Notes under the pieces: model-generated | Databases searched by the model: none | What the model saw: only the letters and a program-made list of their open reading frames with translations | What the model was told of the DNA's origin: nothing | Source: Marsupella aquatica | Taxonomy: Eukaryota > Plantae > Marchantiophyta | Assembly (NCBI GenBank): GCA_973895155.1 | Contig: OZ316896.1 | Coordinates: forward strand, 8,205,539 to 8,269,538 | Reading direction: 5' to 3' | DNA length: 64,000 nt | Part shown: piece after piece, positions 28,910 through 43,612 of the stretch | Numbering within the stretch: position 1 is the stretch's first letter | Layout of the letters: each line of letters starts with the position of its first letter | Program-made: the position numbers and the translations under genes

Positions 28910-31900
28910 ATGGCCGAGGAGACGGAACATCAACTGCAATTTGTGCAGACCGAACTCAGTAAAGTCCAAGGTTCGTGCAAGCCCCTCCACGCTTCCCGTA
29001 TCCGCTGAGGGAGCAAACTGTTTTCCTGTTCAAGTGGTGGTCGCTCGCTCGCTCACTCTGACTCCGCATCTACCCTAAACCCTGAACCCTACTCGTCGTG
29101 CTCATTTGCATCCCTTGGACTTCATTTGTCATTGATTCATTCGTCCTGTCTCCTTCAGAAAGTGAACTCCAGTTCTCCACAATTCTAGCATCACTTTGAA
29201 TGTCCGTCACTGTCATGAACTGATTGGTAGCTAACTGAGTACCTTTTGAATTGTCGTGCTTTGGGTTGCTCGCTGTCTTTCTACAGACGAGATCAGTTCT
29301 TTGGTTCAGCTTGAAAAGTCTCTTCTAGCGGAGCGAGATGACCTTCGAGCCGTGCTGGATTTGTACAGGTGAGCTTATCGAGCAAATGCTTTTTGCCGAA
29401 TGGTCTCGTGCTTCACTTCATATTTCAAATGGTTAGGAGGGTCTTTGTAAGGACTTGAGTATTCGTCTGATCGGAAGTAATCTTTCAAAGATTCAGTACC
29501 GGCATCGTATGTCGATGTGGCAAATTACTTTTTTCTATTCCACTAATGTCACTAATGACATTACTAGCCCCGTTAATTCTCACTCCCTTCCCAGCCATTG
29601 GCTATTAGAGGAAAGCTTTAGTACCCAGTTCCTTCCTTTGTGTAAATGTTTCGCATATATATGCTTTACTGGATGCGCAAGGCAGAAAAGACAATGAGTA
29701 CTTCCTGATTCTTGATGTTAGCTTGAGTAATCAAATAATCAACAGAGCGCCTGAACTTTGTCTTCAAGCTACTAATTGATTGAGTAAATCTGGAGGGATT
29801 CAACGACCATTCTGCACTCTCCACCCTCGTGCCGGCTTCGGTTATCGGCAGCTCCATTTACTTTGCCTTGGTGTTAATTCATGGAGCGAAAACCTGATAT
29901 CTACAAAATGTGAAGAGTTGCGGTCTTGTGAAAATTTGTTGAAGCATTTCGTTTCTCTGGTTGTGTCAAACTTTGTAGGCAGGAGACTGTCCGGGACGAG
30001 AACGGTCCCAGTGGTGGAGTCTCAAGGACTACACACACAGATTGGTCTGGTTCGTTTGAATGGGATGAACGTGCTGCTGATCTTCGGATGAACTACTTTG
30101 GCATCCCTGGTTACCGTACCAATCAGCGTGAGGTTTGGATAACTTGTTCATTTCCTTCTATCACTAGTCAATGTGAAGAGAGTCAACATGAGATCCCGTA
30201 TGCAACAAGAAGTTGAAATTTTGATTTATGAGTGGCAGCAAGAATATTGCAAACGACAGGGTAAATGTATGAAGATTTGGCACGTGATTTTTCGTCTGCT
30301 GGCAAGGTGAGTAATGTGAAATGTTGCACGGGCCAGTGCCAAGGTTGAAGACGGCCTGAGTTTCTGAGTGTCAGGCCTGCCACTGACTTTGTCATTCGAA
30401 CCGTTACTTGCCGGTGTTGGAGCACTGACATGCTACTTTGCAAATATAGGATGTATTAATCTAAAGGCCAAAATAGCAGGATGTCAACCATATTGGTCCA
30501 TTCTGTATCTTGCGATGAGTATCTCATTTCGTTTTGAAAGCAATTCATGTTCGAAAGCCGTCACTGTTTCATTTCATGTTTTGTTTGACCTTGGAGCCTT
30601 CTCCACACTGTTGTTTCTTATCCTAAAGGAATTTAATGGTTTTGTCTCGTTCAAACGGGTCACTTGATCCTATAATCATGAATTGTTTTACTTCGGGTCC
30701 CCTGGCATGACTGTACACCTTTAACACAATGATAATAGTTTGTCTTTCCCATAACCGTGTTTGGCAAACAGATTATTAACGCTGTGATGAGCGGACGGGA
30801 TGTGGTGGTGATCATGGCTGCTGGAGGTGGCAAGAGTCTTTGTTACCAGCTTCCTGCTCTTCTGCGTCCCGGCATTGCCCTTGTTGTCAGCCCCCTTGTA
30901 TCCCTAATTCAGGACCAGGTCTCGGTGCTACTTTCTCCTCATGTACAATTTTCAATTCTACTTACCTAAAAGTAGGCCAAGTTTCCCCTTGGGCAGTGAC
31001 GGTAGCAATATGTTGTATTTCTTTCAGATTGTGAGATGGCTTATCCTGCAGGGCTCAGAGTTTTCATGCGTCATGGCATATTCTGTTTGTTCTTTCGTTT
31101 GACCTGATTTTGGGTGTGGGTATAAGCTGTGTGCAGGTTATGGGCCTGACGGCCTTGGATATTCCCGCCGGGATGTTAACCTCGACTACTTCCAAAGAGG
31201 AGGAAAAGTCAATATATTCATCTCTGGAGAAAGGAGATGGTGGTCTTCGAATCTTATATGTGACTCCAGAGAAGATTGCGAAGAGCAAACGATTGATGTC
31301 AAAGCTAGAAAAGTGCAATAATGCTGGTCGATTGTCTCTCATGGCAATTGATGTAAGTATTCTCTTTGTTCTGTATAATCACCGCCACGGCCATAAGTAT
31401 GATACACTTTTTCCGACAAGAAGGTAGACATTGTCGAGCCATTCTTACGAAAAGGATTTCATTTTATTACAGTCTGACGAATTTTCTGATTATGCAGGAG
31501 GCCCACTGCTGTAGCCAATGGGGTCATGACTTCAGACCAGATTACAAGAATCTAGGAATTTTGAAAACACAGTTTCCAAAGGTTCCCATTATTGCCTTGA
31601 CTGTGAGCTCTCAACCATGACCGACTGCTGTGGCATTTCTTTTGGAATCCCATATCTTTTGTATTTGACGACTGAGGCTATGGCCTTGTTGCAAAGCGAA
31701 AGTTTCGAGTTGATCTCTTACTCTTACTAGAGTGGTTGTAATGTTGTAGGCAACAGCCACACAACGTGTACAAACTGATGTAAGAGAGATGCTACATATT
31801 ACATACTGTGAGAAGTTTGTCAGCTCCATCAATCGGCCAAACCTTTTCTATGAGGTAAGAACCACGTGTTCTGATGCAATAACTCGTCAATGTCCTTGCG

Positions 31901-34900
31901 TTTTCATAGTATGGTTATAACGAAAATGCAAGCTATGTCTACTCTTTGGATCGAGGATTGACATTTGACATAGTGCTTTGTGTTCCTCAGATTCGCCAAA
32001 AGCAAACAAATGCAAGTGGATTTATAGACGACATCGCAGAGTTCATTAAGAAAGAATATACAAATAAAGAATCTGGCATTGTGTATTGTTTTTCTCGCCG
32101 TGAGTGTGAACAGGTCAACCATGTTCAAAACTTTACGCAATCTTCTTGAGTCCTTTTGCTCAATTAATTGCCATCTGTTGCCAGGCATGAATAGTGGCTG
32201 GTCTATGCTTTCAACTTGAAATATCAGATTTTCGTTACTAAGCTTTGTTCTTCATGTAAATGGTGGTTAGTTTATGGGGAGTAAAACCTGTCCTTCATCA
32301 ATTGTTGGCGATCCAGAATCTTGAATAATTTTTTATAATTTAGTCGGGCAGTTTGGAAACACGAAGACTTATCATTAAATTAAAAAAAACAAAAACGCAT
32401 CAGACTGTTTTTTGAGAGGACACTTGTTCACGACTTGCACGAAGCTTTCCTACACATTTGAAGAGTCAAATTTCACACAACCTGGGAATGCCAGGTTGCT
32501 GACGAGCTTCGCAAAAGGAAGATTTCAGCGGCTCACTACCATGCTTATATGGAGCCGGAGGATAAGAGCAGAGTGCACACTAGGTGGGTTTGGTTTTGGA
32601 TCTTCCTACTGCTTCACAAATGTAAATCCCACAGATATTGTATGCTTTGCTGTTTTAAGTGGATCCATAGATGTACTTGGGCTAAACGATTCAAGTTGCA
32701 GGCCTGGGTAACATATCGGTTGGTGTTGCATCGAATTATAGTCGTGTCCTCATCTGACAACTATTTTGGTTCGACTTGTGGTATTCAGGTGGAGTAGCAA
32801 CAAGATCCAAGTTATTGTTGGCACCGTAAGTATTCGGGCGCAAAGAAATGTCGATTGCTGTTGAAAGTGCTGAAACCTTGACGAAAACTTTGTCTGTATT
32901 GAATTGGGAGTAAGACTATTTCAATGAGATTTCGTCTATGGCGATTCCGTTTGGGCCCAAAGTTTTTTCTTATTGTTCATGTCATTGATCTCAGGTTGCT
33001 TTCGGAATGGGCATTAATAAACCAGATGGTAAGATTGGCTGTCATCACTTGGACGGGTTGCTTTCTGTAGTCAACTTCAATCTATCAGCACTACTTCATC
33101 CGCAGGAGAGTTGCCTATGCATGCCTATCACACTCTGGAAAGAAGAATTCGGCAGCTGACACGGATTTGGCCTGAACGCAGTACGTTTCGTTATCCACCA
33201 TAGCATAAGCAAGTCATTGGAGACGTATTACCAGGTACAGAGGGACCTTTTGTGAATAATGTTTCTTTACTAACCGCACCAATTAGCGTCGATGTTCTCT
33301 GCCCTTGAACTAGTCAGCTAAAGTAAAAAAATATATTGAGCAGATATTAACAAATTTGCTTGTCTATTTGAGCATGGATCATTGATTCAAAATCATTAAT
33401 TATTCATGCATGCCAAGCTAGGACTTATGGGATGAATCTTTGGTAGAAACACCTAGGGATCACGACCAGGATCTGCGTTTTGATTGTTAATAGGAAAGTG
33501 GGAGGGCTGGACGTGATGGTTTACCTGCACACTGTCTTCTCTTCTTCCGACCAACAGATCTTAGTCGCCAGGTACACCAACCAACAAACTATTATCTTGG
33601 TTTACCAACACAGCACTGCAAAGCTATATCGATAAAACTCCGTTTGCACAGAAAATCGCTAATCTGCTTTCTTCGGATGTAATAGTACTCAAACTTCTGC
33701 ATTCACATTCTCCAAATATCTAAGAACCATTTACCACTCTGGCGTTCCTTTTGTTCGTAATACAACATTGTCTTGCCTCTATAAAGTGTCATGCTTTCCA
33801 ATCTTAATAGATTTTTTAGCAATGCGAGATAACTTGGAATTTCCTGTAGCAACTGGCTGTGTATATTTTAACTGGCCATATTGAAAAAATCCTCCGCAGC
33901 CACACTCATGGAGGACCTGTGACAGGTCTGCTGTTGTCTGGCATGTAGCAGAGTTCAATGGTGTTTGCGGAGTATGCTGGTCTTCCCAACCTCTATGCTG
34001 TGGCTCGATTTTGTCAGGTTGAGCCAAAAGTCTGTCAAATGGTCTTGCTTTTTCGTCGGAGCTATACTTAAGCTGAACGTCAGGCTTGGTCTTCTGAGGT
34101 CGAAGAATATGAAAATATTTCAGAAAAGGCTACTCAACCCATCTCAAGACCTTGATGTGATGGGTTGCTATTGACTATCAGTGTCGCAGCCGCGAGACGT
34201 TTTTCCCTTTAGATTCTCATGAATGCCGCAATCCACTTTTCGAGAAATGTAAACATCATTAAGAAAATACATTGTGATTGGTTTTGTTAATCCGGAGTCT
34301 GTGGATTTCAGTCTAAGAAAGCATGTCGCCGTGCTGCTTTCTTCCGCCATTTTGGTGAGCAAGCACAGGACTGCAATGGTAAGTGGGAGGACTTGAATTT
34401 TTTTGGCATCCCTACGGCTCACTGAATTCAAGCTCGCCATTTTACAAAGTTTGGTAGTAAATTCTATTTTGCAGTATCGTTGCTTTGTTGAAAAGTTCTT
34501 CCAGTTGGAAATTTAAGAGCCTAACTAATATTGTCGGATGCCCCCTTTTTGCAGGCATGTGTGACAATTGTGCATACTCAAGAAATATCGTGGATCAAGA
34601 CGTGACCGGTTTGTAACTTTCTTCATCCAGCTCTTTAGATTCGAAATTGAACTTTGTTTAGTGCTCCCTGCAAAGTATTTAGGAGGGATATAGTTTGAAC
34701 CAGGAGACAGATCAAGTCCATCTCTTAAAGCAGGTATAGCCTTGCTCATACGAAAAGTCAAAGTGGAGTAATTCCTGGAAACCGTGTTAAGAAAAACTTT
34801 AGGTTCTTTAGTGAAGAGATGCCTAGAAAGTCAGGCCACTTCTTGAATCAGCACGTTGCAAGGATTTGGACTTTCTCAAATGGGGTAGATTGACTACGCG

Positions 34901-36968
34901 GTAGGAGGGCCTTGTTTAAGCAGCCTAGTAAAACTCACAAAAATCCTCTATGCATTTGTGTCAGTTCACCTTTTATTGACAAAATAACAGGCAGATTCTA
35001 CTTTTTGTACTTGAAGAGAAAACGTTAAGGACCTCAAATTGTACCCTGTTTTACTGGCTGTGCACTGTTTCGATTGTCACAGCTCATGCAAAGTCAGTGG
35101 TAAATCATTTGGAGGAGCTGATCAGAGGTGAACAGAAAATAACTGTGCTGCAACTGGTAGACAGCTGGAAAAGCAGATCTCGTCAATCAGGCAAGTGAAA
35201 GTGCGAAATGCTTTTTAAATAAATCCTCGTTACGTCTGAGGGGTTCATGTTTGGTTATGATCTCTCCAGTCAATCGTCCATTAGCACATGCGACATTGAG
35301 TCGATAAAGTTTCAAATGTCTCATATTTGATCAACAGGTGATTGTTGACACTATCTGTTTTGTAGAATTGGACTTCTCGATGTTCAGAATCACTGGAAAG
35401 CTCAATTCTTGTTTCTCTCAATTCAGAAATTAAATATAGAGAAGAATTAGAGCAGATTTGCTGTCAACTTTAATGTCAGTTGTACGGTCATGCTAGGATA
35501 TGTCTATCCTGCTGACACTGTGCTGGAAAGCAGGACCAGATTCCGCACTAATCAAGGAACTGAGCAAAGAGGATGTGGAACGTGTGATAGTTCAACTACT
35601 TTTGGATGGCATCCTGGTAACTTGATGCTTTGTTTTACGTCTTTTGTTGTAAATTTTCAAATAGTTCAGACATGGCAGCTGACTGATTACATCACATTTG
35701 TGTAATTTTCTATGACGTTTAAGCATGATGGCGCCTCCGTAACTTTAAATACTTCCATCCTTTTACACAGAAAGAAGAATTCCAACATACTGCTTATGCT
35801 ACCAACGCATACATTACAACTCGAGGTGGGAACTGGAGAGGCTTCAGTCAAGGTAAGTCATGTTCCTCCTTAATCATGGTCGCAATCATATACTGTCCTG
35901 AAAGTCTGTCGCAGTGAGGTTTCTTCGAATCGTTCAGCAACATTTTATCCCGTTGCCACTAGTGGTTTTCACGATCTGAAATAATGATTGCTGGACAGGA
36001 CTGGTATGATGTGCTGAGATGGTTGCCTATCAATGGCATTTTGTAGCTCATAGCTGACGACTTCCGCTTTTGGTTTCCAATAATGTACCATCGCAGGCAA
36101 GAGTCAGCGGAAGGTTGTGTTGGAGGTGGTACAAGAAGTGAAGGGCAAAGCGAAAGCCAAGAACCAGGCAGGAGGTACTGGTGCTGCAGATTCCTTCTTG
36201 CAATCAGGCATGGCTCAGATGCTGGATTCGCTGAGACAACAGCTGGCTGGTTCACATGGAAGCATGTTCCCTCATTCAATACTCTCTTCACAGCATATCA
36301 CCATGCTCTGTGCTCGCAAGCCTGATTCACTCTTTCAAGTAAGTCGGGAGTGCCCTCTTCCTAGGGGAATGTATAAAGCAATCTAACCATCTACTCTACG
36401 ATTGTTGGCGGGATAGATGTCTAGTCAGATAATGAGTCGTTCCTTATCGATGGATTTGTTCGAACAGGACTCTTGGGCTGGTGTACATATGTATCTCTCT
36501 ATCGTTTAATCCCAATTACTGCTCCAGGTTGAAGAGGTTATTGGGAAGAGAAAGACGGAACATTTTGGAGCAGACATACTTCAGGCGATCAACGATTATA
36601 TTAATCAGAACCCGGAAGAAAGCTTCGAAGAGACAGGACCTGGGATGAACTCAAAGCTAGCTTCTACTCCACTTTCATCCAGTGGAGCCCGCACCCCCAA
36701 ATCTAAAACAAAGCCAGCTCAGATTGCGAAGATGGCACGAGTAGAGAAAAACTCGGGGCAGTTGGGCGAATCTCGCCTGAGAAGTCCAGATATTGTGCTG
36801 GAAGGTTGCATCAATCTTGATACTGAAAGCGAGCGCGAGGAGGAACCCCATAATGTGCCCAAGAAAAAAGATGCTGCTCAGGAAATAAAGACCAGGAAGC
36901 AGGAAAGTGAAGACGACGATGATGAAGATTTTGTGCTGGTTAAGCGTCAAGTCAAGAGAAAAAGATAA
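28910..36968 (+). CDS. RECQ2: RecQ helicase of the plant RECQ2/MED34 (human RECQ1-like) type, about 21 exons
   Basis: First exon 28910-28970 (MAEETEHQL...). Motifs [78 protein letters not shown], Zn-binding CRR...[26 protein letters not shown]-like LDSLRQQLA; stop at 36966-36968. Confidence 0.95.
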
Positions 36969-36979
36969 CATACAGTGTG

Positions 36980-37135
36980 AGTGGTCCATAACGACTGACA
37001 GGGAAAGCTACCATAGTCTGTGGTCCATAACTCGATGACCGGGAAAGCTACCATAGTCTGTGGTCCATTACTCGATGACAGGGAATGAGGGAAAGCTACA
37101 TAGACAGCGGTGGACAGTGGTGGTTCATAACTTAA
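36980..37135 (+). repeat. About 39-bp tandem repeat just after the RECQ2 stop
   Basis: GTGGTCCATAAC...GGGAAAGCTACCATAGTCT repeated three times plus a decayed fourth copy. Confidence 0.85.
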
Positions 37136-39289
37136 TGGCGGGGAAATGTACTTAGATGTAGGGCAAGTAGTAAGCCATGGTGTAGGTCATGTCTGGCATA
37201 TCATTTCAAGGTATAGCTTCAGATGAAGATTTTTTTTGGGTAGCCAATCAGACATTCAAAGTTGCGCTCCTTGGGTTTAAGTAAAGATGCGCCTTCCCCA
37301 GAATTCTCGACAGAGCTACAAAGGTCATGGTCAACTTGGGTAACTTTGAAGTTTTGTCAGGCAGAGTTGGGGAACCGCGTTTGAAGGTTGCCTTATCATT
37401 TTTCCATTCGAAAGAAACGATGCCAATATCGTTTGGTCTGCAACCAGAAGCCATGATATCGAACTGATGATACAATCATTGCGAAAAGATGAAATGACTG
37501 AAATGACTGCCTTAGCCAGGTAATGTCACAACAATCAGTAGCTCATGGTCCATGACAAGACCTCATTACATCTTGTCCGACAATCAAGCAGGGAAACCTG
37601 CGTTCCAAAAAATTTCATGTTCCAGGACGACCTCAGAATTGTGCTAGACTTTCAACTTTCAACCAAGAATGGTGAGTTGCAATAGTGTTCTCCTTGCTCC
37701 CCAATTACTCGATCTGAAGGAGTATGTCAGTTTCCATTTTCTGGAAGTTGGAAAAATATGTGTTAGATCAACAGTATTGAAACCCAGGTGTAATGGCCTG
37801 CTGTAAAAGGCGAGGATCTGTCTGGATGTATCTTCAAGGCTTTTGAATGTTCTGTAGTACAAGTGAACTCCCTACTTACACAATCTACCTATATTTGTAC
37901 ATTTCATAATCACATAGGATTTCTAGAGAACTGTTGCAGGGTAGTTTCCAGATGGTAAATTTGTATAATTTCCTCACCCTTTGTGGACGAGGATTGTCTA
38001 AGACTAGTTCGAGTACCTGTGCTTTGCATGAGGTGCCCCTGAAAGGCTTATACCCCCCAAAAGTTCAGCAGCCCCTTGCTATAGGGTTAAGCAATTAGCG
38101 CTAGTATTTAAATATACAAAGTACTAACTTGTGTGCCTAATAGGCTAGGGATGCAAACTCATCCATTAGTCATTGATGAGTGACTTAAGTCTTTGAGTTG
38201 ACCTTTGAAAGCCTAGGCCTAACAGCGATTATTTTAGTGGCAACTGTTAGCCAAATTATTACCCAAAAGCTTTGCTGACTACTCATACGTCCAAAAGAAT
38301 GTGAGATTTGGGGACAACATTCTCCATTTATCTTCCTTGCCTAGGACCCTGGTCAATAGATCTCATGGTCATTTTGGAATATATAACTGCATAGATAATG
38401 TGTTAGAGATAACTACTAGTAACTTACCTTCATGGGACTACATGGCTTGCCACTTTACCCTAAATGACCCAACATTAAACAAAACCCTGCCCACCAGGGC
38501 AGGCTGTCCAATCTGCTTAGTACATGAGTGCAATTCTGTCAATAAGAGTCCATATGCACTTATCAATTATCTCAACTTACACAAACCTGAGAAGCATTGT
38601 TTTATTGACAGTGCAGCGGACAACTACACATGGTAGTTTCAGGCACTTATCCAGTTGAATTGTGCACTATAAGGGTTCAGGCTATGAGGAGTCCAACGTG
38701 TATAACCTAACAAGACATATGCGGAAGTGCAGTGCATAAGTGACTTCACATGTGCTCATTGGAAAGTGCACCATGCACATATGGAGAAAATGTGCATAAA
38801 TGACATCCATGCACTTGTGATGTCTATTACTATAATATCATATCCCGCCAAAAAGGCGAGATTGTTTGTTTACAAACCTGTTAAAAATCAAGCATGACCC
38901 TTAAAACATTATTATTTTTACACTGTCAAATCTATCCACTCACCCCCATCTAAAATAAATACCTGCCCTAGCAGCCCTTTTTGCCTGCCCTTGCCTGCCC
39001 TAAATACAAAACTTAATTAAATTTAAAAATTTAAAAACAAGCTTTGAAAGTTATAAAAACCCTCAAAAAAATTTGAAAAACTTAAACTTAAAAACCATAG
39101 ATTTTCCTGTCACTTGATTGTGCTTCAACTCTATGATGCAATCCAGGATGCAATGGCCGCTATCTTGTGTCTCCAGTTTTAATGTGCAACACACAAGTTA
39201 TTGAGCACGACCTTAACAAGGTGTATGGTTGGGATCACACATAACATGTCTCGACAACTACATTGCAAAGCTCATATTTTCTTGTCTTG

Positions 39290-39715
39290 CCTTGACATCT
39301 TTTATTGCCTTGTCATGTTTTTCTAATTTTCAAATATTTATCTCTCCTCAACATCTTTTCTTTGTTTTGACATCTTTTTCTCTCCTTGAGATCTTTTTCT
39401 CACATTGACATCTTTATTTCACCACAACATTTTTTTTTGCCCTTTACATATCTTCTCTCCTCCACATCTTTTCTCACCTTCACATTTTTTCCTCACCTTG
39501 ACACTTTTCCCACCTCAATATCTTATGTTTTGCTCACCTCAGCATCTTTCCCTCATCCCTCAACATCTTTTCTCTCCCTGACATCTTTTCATTAATTAGC
39601 TTTACATCTTTTTCTCACATTGCCAGCTTTTCTCTCCTCAACATATTTTTGTCACCTGGACTTCTTTTCCTCACCTCAACATTATTTTCCTCACCTTGAT
39701 ATCTTTTCTCATGAT
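39290..39715. repeat. Pyrimidine-rich degenerate minisatellite (TTGACATCTTTT/CTCAACATCTTT), probably TE subterminal repeats
   Basis: Many ACATCTTTT cores at roughly 19-bp spacing. Confidence 0.7.
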
Positions 39716-42001
39716 ATCAGCTAGTTATGCATAATATGGATAAATGCAAGTTTGGGGTCAGTGTCTTCCTCGAAGCCCGACATGGTAGATTGTACTCTTC
39801 ACAATTTTGTTTCCTAAGTTAAATTTCTAGTTTTGAGTAAATTAGGTGTCATTAACAAAGTCATTATGTGAAAAGCACAGATTGAAAAGATCAACCCATC
39901 ACTTTTTGAAATGAATTCATTTGACAGTTGTGTTCTAGAAAAATGACATGTGGGGAGGGCTTCAATTATAGTGGGGCCAACACTTTTTAAGGCCTACTCC
40001 GATCCTCACAATTTTGTTTCATAAGAGAAATAGAGTAAAACAACCGCTGGGTGTGACCAACATTTGCCTCTTTAAGGGTCCCACCAAGTAAGATAATTTG
40101 CCTAGAGGACATGTACACGATGGGAGGGTCAGCATATTGGCACATTGATTTATCATTACTCAGAGCATATTTGGAAAAGTGATCAAGATATAGTTTATCC
40201 TGAAGTCTTTTTCTTGCCCCGTGAAATACTGGTCACAAAATAAGTCCACCCATACTAGCCTGATTACCTTTTCCTTGAAAGTAAATAGATATGAAATGAA
40301 ATGATATTGCATAATAAAATTTCTAAGTATGCTATTTCAATTAATCTTTGTCCCATCCTTGTTTTTTGTCCCCCCCCCCCCCCCCCCCTCATTTCAATAT
40401 TGTCTTTATTTTGGATTTTGTCTGTCCTCATTTAAAGTTTTTTTTATTGAGACTCATGATCACTTTTGTCTGTATTAAGGGTTACCATCTAGAGGCTTCA
40501 CTCTATACCCTAGCCCCTTAAGAGTAGACATTGTTCATGATTGTCACAATGTAGGACAATTGAGAAATTGGGAGAAAGATTCTAGTCCACCTGTTGTTCA
40601 AATAAGGATGTTTATCACATGCATGCGGAGTACTTTATATCACATTTTGTTAAAGTTTTACATTTGTTGGCCCTTTTTTTATTGAAATGGTTGAATTTAA
40701 GTTTCCCTGAGCAATCCATCTTGAAGGCATACGTACATCAGACTTACCATTGTTGAAAACGTGGAATCAACTCACTGATGGAATAAATTTAATGTCAATC
40801 TGTATTGCGAGGCCAGCCTTCAATCTCTGTTAGGCAAAGTTCTGGATAAATAAAGGCCCGTGATAGACGGGGTGAGCGAGTGCCCTCTTAGTTAGTTCCT
40901 CATTGTAAAGTTTGTGTTAAAGATAAACAGCATTTACTTTATTAACCAGAATTTTAGACAGGACTTAAAGTCACATCCCAAGATCGAAACCAAAAGTTCA
41001 GACATAACTTAATGTCATAACTCAGGGTCTTTGTGCAGAAACTACAATGCTACATAGTAAAGTGGACAGGCAGTCACCAAAACTGAGAGGCTACGAGCAT
41101 CTCCACCGGGACCTGCAAACAGCCCCATAACCTCCATTCTTGGGAAATAGCAGCTTTGTTTCCGGGGACACCCTCCACCGCCACCCCGCAACCTCCATTT
41201 CATTTGCGGTGTCCCCTCAAGTTGCTGACCAAGACCGCCAGATTTAGTCACGTTGGCAGTCGGGGCCTGAAACCTCCAAATTGAGACCCAAATGAATCAA
41301 CAATGGAAACTGCTGCATGCATTGCCATCGTAGGGTGGGTGACAAAGACTTCTTGGTCACTTTCTTGCGATGGACTGACATTTGTTGTGCGAAACTGCAA
41401 AATAATCCTCGTGCAAAAGCATTGTTGCACGAATTTCGTGTCCAGCAGGATTAACAAAGAAGAATCGCGGCGAGCACTCGGGGGAAAAATTACAGTGAAA
41501 GCAAGTTGAAGCAGCTGTGCTACAATGTGCTCCATGTTTCAGAAGATCCCGTCGTTCGAACTGGCTAGAGAGCTGAGAAATTTTGGGATCGAGTAACAGA
41601 GCACCCGACAGAGCATTATCATAAAACAAGGGTCGGGAATTTGAGACAAGGGGGAAGAAATCACTTGAAAGCAAGTGGTCAGACATCAAACACGATGTCC
41701 AAAAGTTTATAGGAGAGTACCAGCAAGTTGATAGCACACAGGTTTCAGGAACCAATGCCAAAGACACCTTGAAGTTTGCCAACGAGCTGTCAAGGAGAAT
41801 CATCCTAAGAACAAAAGCTTTGCTTTTGATTGTTGTTATTATATTTTGAAGGATTGCCCAAGGTTTATGAGTCCAGAGAACGACATGCTGAAAGGGAAGG
41901 CCAAGAGATTAGACAGAAATATGCCCTACAATGACAGTCTCACTCCAGAGGTTGTTGAGCTTGATTATGATAATTTGCAAGGCAAAAATGGAGATGAGAC
42001 C

Positions 42002-42458
42002 TGTTGGGTATTTACTCTTACGTCTAGGTTAGGTATGACGTGGTTGGTACAACAACGTGGGTTGGTACAACTACGTGGTTAGGTACAACTACGTTATTAG
42101 GTACAACTATGTGGTTAGGTACAACTAGGTGATTAGGTACAACTATGTGGTTAGGTACAACTACGTGATTAGGTACAACTATGTGGTTAGGTACAACTAA
42201 GTTGCACACTATATCATAAGAGGCATGTGTGCTTGGAGAGGTAGAACCAAGGCTCATTGTTATGGAGCCACTTGAGAGATAGGGAGAGCTTACACTGTGG
42301 AGACTCGGTATAGCCGACGGGCTTAGAGTTCAATAAAGCTCTCTTATGTGTTCCCGTGGACGTAGCCTCAAGGAGGTGAACCACGTATCTCTTGTGTCGA
42401 CTATTGTGCGTTGGATGGTTCATGGGCTTGCCGTTGCGATCGTCGTCTATGCTCAACA
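42002..42458 (+). repeat. 5' LTR
   Basis: TGTTG...CAACA; only one mismatch to the 3' LTR found by eye (G at 42442 versus A at 47961). Confidence 0.97.
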
Positions 42459-42460
42459 AT

Positions 42461-42472
42461 TGGTATCAGAGC
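42461..42472 (+). promoter_or_regulatory. Primer-binding site for tRNA-iMet
   Basis: TGGTATCAGAGC two bases after the 5' LTR. Confidence 0.95.
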
Positions 42473-43612
42473 ATGCTTGGGAGGTGACGTGTGTTCGTGA
42501 CGGGATTTCATGACGGTTTTTCCAGCGTTGAGTGTTGGTGGATTTTCCAGAGTTCCATCGCATGGAACTTGGAGTGTATGGGCTCAACGGATAGATCAGG
42601 GCAAGAGCTTTCTAACGGTGTGAAGAAATCGTTGAACGGAGCTCGTGGTGCAGAGAGATCTAAGTTTTCGTCGTTCTGGATTTTGTGAAGAAAGTTGGCA
42701 ATCGACTCGGAGGGAGAAGCGTCAAGTGTTTTGACTCAACGGAGAGATTGAGGCAAGACGATTGTTTTTGAGTCCGGGATTGGCTCTTTGATGCAAAGAG
42801 GAAGGCTAAGCAAAATCAATTACCTTGTTGGACTTGGTGACGGCACCAAGTGCAATTGATCAACATTCGTTGTTGACAAGGTACCATTTTTTTCTCTTTG
42901 AAAAACTGATTCGAAATTGGCTATGACAATTGAGAGAAATCTATCATCTTTACCAATTTTTTTCTCCCTCGTTCTTTCCTCGTTTTGGGTGCTTCTTATA
43001 TCGATCTTCATCGCCTCGGAGTCTAGTTTCCAAATCTGAAATCGGATCTTGATTTCGTCAAAACCCGAGTGAGATATCTTGCGTTTGGTGTCGAGGGGTA
43101 CATTCTGCCGTGTGTATTTTCTGCGCGCGCGACCAGATTTCGACGACGAAGGGTGGTAGGGGGTTTTGGGGGTTCGAGTACACATGTCAGCCCCTCGATT
43201 GTTCTTCCAAAATTCCCACAGGGCCTGTACAAGGGTCATAGAATATTCCAAAAAACCAGAGAGCTATTTTTTGACCGTCCGACAAAGATTTCATCCTCCG
43301 AATGGTAACTTTTTTGGTTATTTTTCGGCGAGGTCGTAGCCATTGAAGTTGGCAATGCAGCGCACCAATCACATCGCAATTCCGACAACGGGTTGTACTT
43401 GGTATTTCGGTTATTCCCTGAGGTGGTCAAAACGGGGGAGTTTCCCAAGGTTTTACCCACCTCGACCGAAATTTGAATAACTTTCCCGTCAAATTTCGAT
43501 TTTGATTTTGGTTTTCAGTATTGGACTCCTAGCTTTGTGGGCTACGCGGCGGTGTTGAGTTTCAAGTTTTTTGAGAAGTTGTGAAAAACAACATTTTTTG
43601 TGACTTTCTCAT

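Noticed and set aside
42024-42257. Antisense ORF with (VVPNHI)n repeats, also at 47543-47776
   Set aside because: By-product of the 18-bp LTR array.
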